Assembly: GCA_937996685.1 (NCBI GenBank)
Contig: CALKUP010000002.1
Coordinates: 113,066-177,065 of the forward strand
Reading direction: 5' to 3'
Source: an uncultured bacterium
GTDB lineage: Bacteria > Patescibacteriota > Patescibacteriia > UBA9570 > XYC2-FULL-38-9
Length of the DNA stretch: 64,000 bases
This document shows positions 60,140-64,000 of this stretch, piece by piece; positions within the stretch are counted from its first letter, which is position 1; each line of letters begins with the position of its first letter. Below the pieces are notes generated by a model. The model was not told the origin of the DNA, searched no databases, and worked only from the letters and a program-made list of their open reading frames with translations. The position numbers were made by a program, and so were the translations under genes.

Positions 60140-60730
60140 ATGTTTACTGGCATTATTACAGCAACACAAACAATTACAGCAATTCAAAAAAATGGTTCAA
60201 ATAGTATTTTTCGGATCCATAAACCACGTGAATGGAATTTAGAAATTGGAGAGAGTATTTCGATTGACGGAGTGTGCTCAACAGTGATCGCAGAAGATGT
60301 TGATACATTTGCTGTGGAGTATATGCCGGAGACATTGCGTATCACAACACTCGGCGATAAGCAGGCAGGACAATTTGTGAACACAGAGCGGAGCATGCAG
60401 CTTGGTGATTTGGTGTCTGGGTATCTTGTTTCCGGGCACGTCGAAGGTCAGGGTGTTATTCAATCAATTGCGCCTGATGGTGATTCATACCGCATTCAAA
60501 TTGCGTATCCTGCAACAGCAAAGCAATACTTTATTCACAAAGGCGGAGTGACAGTCGATGGGATTGCATTAACGGTTGTTGAGCCGACAGATGAGCATTT
60601 TACCGTTGCGATTATTCCGCACACCTGGGAAAACACGACAATCCAATATTGGAAAGTTGGCGATGCGGTGAATCTGGAATTTGATATGATCGCAAAATAC
60701 GTTGAGCGTATTATTGCGCTGCGTGATTAA
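60140..60730 (+). CDS. ribE: Riboflavin synthase alpha subunit
   Basis: MFTGIITATQTI N-terminus. Two lumazine-binding repeats (SIDGVCSTV ; TVDGIALTVV). Confidence 0.85.
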   Translation: MFTGIITATQTITAIQKNGSNSIFRIHKPREWNLEIGESISIDGVCSTVIAEDVDTFAVEYMPETLRITTLGDKQAGQFVNTERSMQLGDLVSGYLVSGHVEGQGVIQSIAPDGDSYRIQIAYPATAKQYFIHKGGVTVDGIALTVVEPTDEHFTVAIIPHTWENTTIQYWKVGDAVNLEFDMIAKYVERIIALRD

Positions 60731-60742
60731 GCAGCCAAATGC

Positions 60743-62278
60743 TTACACGTTTTTTGGTCCGTGAATTGGAAGCGTAACAAAGAATGTTGTGCCTTTATTT
60801 TCTTCGCTTTCAAATCGAATGGTTCCGCCGTGGCGTTTCACAATTTGAGAAACCATAAATAACCCAAGTCCAGATCCGTCTGCTTGAACAGTTTGAATAT
60901 TCGACGCTCGGAAAAATTTTGAAAAAATCCGTTCTTGCTCTTCTTTTGGAATTCCGTATCCAGTATCAGAAACAGTCATCGTGACAGTGTCTGCATCATG
61001 AGAAAAGTGCACGCTTACTGTCCCGTCTTTTGGTGTATATTTAATTGCATTGTCGATTAAATTATGGACGACCAGTGAAATTTTTTCTGTATCCATATTT
61101 AATTGCGGCAATGGCTCTTTCGGTGTTTCGATATTCACCGTGACGCTATTTTTTTCTGCTGCTTGAAATAAGTCTTTTACCGCATCAGTAAACAATGGAA
61201 GGAGGTCGCTATTTTGAAAGTTGAATGCAAAGCCTTCGGTTTCAAGGCGAGTGACATCAAGCAGTCCGTTGATTAAGGTGATCATACGATCAACGTTTTC
61301 CATACTGAGTTGCAGTTGCTTGCGTGCTTCGTCGTCGATTTTCCCAAAGTCACCGTCAAGAGTCATTTGCACAACCCATTTAATGCCGCTCATTGGTGTG
61401 CGGAGTTGATGCGCTGCGATACTTAAGAATTCCGTTTTTTGTTTATCGAGTAATTTGGTTTTTTCTAATTCTTGTTGCAATGCTGCCTGCGCTTCTTGGA
61501 TGTGCGTTGTCATAGCATTGAAACTTTCTGACAACACGCCGATTTCGTCATTGCCTTCAACAGGAACGGTTTGTGAAAAATCACCTGAGCCAATCCGTTC
61601 TGCTGCGGTTGTGAGGCGTTCAATTGGTTTGGCGACAGACCGGCGAATAAATGAAAACAATAACAACATTGTGACGATTGCAAGCAAGATCGCCAAGATC
61701 ACCATAATGATCGTGCGTTGGAATTGGTCGATGGTTTGTTGTTGGACTGCTTTGCTATCGGCTTGAATTTTGGTTGAGATTTTTGTGTCTAAAAAGTCGA
61801 TGAAGATATCTCGATTATTGGAAACGGCTGTTAATTTTTCTTGCAACGTTTTTGTATCTGCGCCAGATTCGTATGCTGCAACGAGGTCGTTCAAGCTTTC
61901 TGTGGTGTTGTTGATGTACTCTTGAAATGAGCTGGTGAATTCAAAATCGTCAGATGTTTTTGAGAGTAAAAATAAATCAACTTGAGCGCGCAGCGCATCT
62001 TGGAGTTTTTCTTGATAGAGGAGCTTGCTGTCTTGGTTGCCAGTTTGGATGTAATCGTACGCAGCGGCAATGGAAATATTTAAACTATCTTTTAAGGTCC
62101 CGGTGCTGACAATCTTTGGAACAAATTGATTTGCAATCACGTCGGTCTTTGAACGAATGTCGTCCGTGGCGGTAATAGTGAGTACGCCGAGGTTGATCAT
62201 TAAGATAAGAATAACAATAAAGATCAATGAGATCTTGTATTGAATCTTGAGGTTTCGAATCAATGTAAGGATATTCAT
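60743..62278 (-). CDS. Sensor histidine kinase (TM, HAMP, HisKA, HATPase_c)
   Basis: H-box FLSIAAHQLRTPMSGI, HAMP, G2 box GSGLGLFMV. The ORF track start at 62629 runs into the neighbouring gene, so the ATG at 62278 (MNILTLIRNLKIQYK, TM) is preferred. Confidence 0.8.
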   Translation of the reverse strand: MNILTLIRNLKIQYKISLIFIVILILMINLGVLTITATDDIRSKTDVIANQFVPKIVSTGTLKDSLNISIAAAYDYIQTGNQDSKLLYQEKLQDALRAQVDLFLLSKTSDDFEFTSSFQEYINNTTESLNDLVAAYESGADTKTLQEKLTAVSNNRDIFIDFLDTKISTKIQADSKAVQQQTIDQFQRTIIMVILAILLAIVTMLLLFSFIRRSVAKPIERLTTAAERIGSGDFSQTVPVEGNDEIGVLSESFNAMTTHIQEAQAALQQELEKTKLLDKQKTEFLSIAAHQLRTPMSGIKWVVQMTLDGDFGKIDDEARKQLQLSMENVDRMITLINGLLDVTRLETEGFAFNFQNSDLLPLFTDAVKDLFQAAEKNSVTVNIETPKEPLPQLNMDTEKISLVVHNLIDNAIKYTPKDGTVSVHFSHDADTVTMTVSDTGYGIPKEEQERIFSKFFRASNIQTVQADGSGLGLFMVSQIVKRHGGTIRFESEENKGTTFFVTLPIHGPKNV

Positions 62279-62298
62279 TGAATGAATTGTATCATATA

Positions 62299-62307
62299 TG
62301 ATATAAT
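62299..62307 (+). promoter_or_regulatory. Consensus extended -10 TGATATAAT; ATG 6 nt downstream (leaderless)
   Basis: TGaTATAAT 62299-62307. ATG 62314. Confidence 0.5.
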
Positions 62308-62313
62308 TGTTCC

Positions 62314-63054
62314 ATGAATCAAGGAGACCAAAATCAAACCCCAGCCGATTCTTTGGCGCAGCCGTTGCCAGGAATGGAATTTCCCGCATCAATGCCAGAA
62401 AATCAGGCAACTGCTCTGCAGCAACCGGTTCAACCGACGGCGATGCCAGTGCAACCACAAATGGCGATGCAAGAACCAGTGATGCAATCCGCAGCGCATG
62501 TTCCAGGAGAAGTTGCTCCGGCAAATGTGCCAGGACAAGAGCCTGCTGGTTTTGGCGCGTTCGGCTCTCTCCCAGAACAGCCTGTTGCGACGGGTCCGTT
62601 GCCGGGGGCGATACCAACTCAAGCAGCAAGCCCAGAGCTTATGCAATCTGCGGCATATCAAGGTTCTGCAACTCCGATGCTGATGACACCAGAGGATGAA
62701 GCTGATTTATTTGGACGTGAAAAATTAAGCGTTGGTTCAAAAATGCTGATTGTTGCAGCAATTGTTGCGGCGCTCGGGAGTGTTGTGGCAGTTGGTTTAT
62801 GGCTCTACTCGACATATTTTAAAGTGCCGAACACTGGCTCGACTCCGAACGGTGTTCCGGTGGTCAATAGCGTGAACAAAGGAGCGGCGTCGACTGCGAA
62901 TACAGATGTGGATGGAGATGGATTGACAGAGGCAGATGAAAAGAAGTACGGTAGTGATCCTAAAAAAGCAGACACAGACGGAGATGGATTTGCCGATGGT
63001 GTTGAAGTCAAAAATGGCTACAGCCCAACTGGTTCCGGCCGACTGGTTCAATAA
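62314..63054 (+). CDS. Membrane-anchored Pro/Gln-rich protein with C-terminal TSP3-like calcium-binding repeats (third paralog)
   Basis: TM MLIVAAIVAALGSVVAVGLWLY. DVDGDGLTEADE and DTDGDGFADGVEV repeats. C-terminus ...GYSPTGSG as in 1057..1878. Confidence 0.6.
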   Translation: MNQGDQNQTPADSLAQPLPGMEFPASMPENQATALQQPVQPTAMPVQPQMAMQEPVMQSAAHVPGEVAPANVPGQEPAGFGAFGSLPEQPVATGPLPGAIPTQAASPELMQSAAYQGSATPMLMTPEDEADLFGREKLSVGSKMLIVAAIVAALGSVVAVGLWLYSTYFKVPNTGSTPNGVPVVNSVNKGAASTANTDVDGDGLTEADEKKYGSDPKKADTDGDGFADGVEVKNGYSPTGSGRLVQ

Positions 63055-63066
63055 GCAGAGAAGTGA

Positions 63067-64000
63067 TGAAACAAACGGTGATTGTTGGAATGAGTGGAGG
63101 AGTGGACTCCACTGTTGCGGCATATCTGTTGCAACAGCAAGGATATGATGTTCGCGGTGTCTTCATGAAGAATTGGGAGGATCCGACAGAGTGGAGCGGG
63201 GAGACGGCGGCGTATCGAAAAAATCGGATCAACGATTGTCCGTGGGAAGTTGACTTGGCAGATGCTCGCGCCGCTGCAGAAAAACTGGGAATTCCATTTC
63301 AAGTGATGGTGTTTGTGAATGAGTATCGTGACTTGGTGTTCACGGAGTTTGTGAGTGAGCTGAAGGCTGGGCGCACACCGAATCCGGATATTTTGTGTAA
63401 CCAAGAAATTAAGTTTCGATTGTTTTTTGAACGCGCACTTGCACAAGAAGGAGTTGACTTTGTTGCGACCGGGCATTATGCGAAAATTGGCGCTTCCGCG
63501 GATGGGGAGTATCAGCTACAAAAGCCAGTTGATCGCGAAAAAGATCAGACCTATTTTTTGCATCGAATTGACTCTAGTGTTTTGCCGCGCGTGTTATTTC
63601 CATTGCAAGATTTAACAAAGAGTGAAGTGCGTAAAATTGCAGCAGAGCAAGGCTTTATTAACGCTGCGAAAAAAGATTCGACAGGGATTTGTTTTATTGG
63701 AGATATTGATTACAAAACATTTATTGATCAATATATTGAAAAGAAGCTGGGGAATATTGTGTTAGTGGAGGCGGATGGTGCACGTCATGTAATCGGCGAG
63801 CATCAAGGGTTGCATTTTTTCACGATCGGACAACGGCGTGGAATTGATATTGGCGGAACGGGCCCGTTTTATGTGTTTGAAAAAGATCTTGCGACTGGAG
63901 ATTTGTTGGTGACCAATGATGTTGATGATGTTCGGTTATTTGCGAAGGAGTGCGGTGTTGAAAAAATGCATTGGCTTGTGAGTGCTGAAGATCCACGTGT
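63067..64000 (+). CDS. mnmA: tRNA-specific 2-thiouridylase MnmA (partial; runs off the right edge)
   Basis: PP-loop VIVGMSGGVDSTVAA, CPWEVD..., catalytic Cys in GICFIG. The frame is open to the window end. Confidence 0.9.

Overview
This 64 kb chromosomal segment is gene-dense (roughly 92% coding) and almost entirely co-directional on the + strand. GC content is moderate, about 45-50%. By inference, the gene content is consistent with a small-genome, Gram-positive-like or Patescibacteria (CPR)-like bacterium. That content is class II B12-dependent RNR with NrdR and CobA, lower glycolysis pgk-eno-gpmI, DNA-uptake machinery, many secreted or membrane-anchored proteins with calcium-binding repeats, and leaderless promoters. 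Housekeeping genes include ybeY-dgkA-ftsA-ftsZ, glmS, murA, mraY, ftsEX, pyrG, rplI, rpmA, prfB, recJ, rnhA, ppnK, rdgB, ribF-like and ribE, mnmA, tRNA-Thr and tRNA-Gln. The most striking feature is a type IV pilus / competence-pilus-like locus at about 6.6-17.1 kb. It runs, in order, sensor kinase, receiver-only response regulator, PilB-like ATPase, PilC-like platform, four prepilin-type proteins and a major pilin with its own strong promoter. One of the four prepilins is a 1061-aa giant pilin carrying two tandem LamG/concanavalin-like modules. A naturally split ComEC (membrane channel plus MBL domain) lies at 28.4-30.6 kb. Three paralogous membrane-anchored proteins carry thrombospondin-type-3-like D-x-D-G-D-G calcium-binding repeats, two at the left edge and one at the right edge. 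Other observations are listed here. A recurring leaderless-promoter architecture places an extended -10 TGnTATA(A/C)T 6-9 nt before the ATG. An AT-rich island of about 1.2-2 kb carries NUDIX and DHFR-like genes. An 18-nt duplication of the tRNA-Gln 3' end lies 200 bp away. There are two unannotated small leaderless membrane peptides. prfB has no programmed frameshift. A cytochrome bd subunit I gene sits next to an NDH-2 gene. No CRISPR array, rRNA or obvious transposase was seen.
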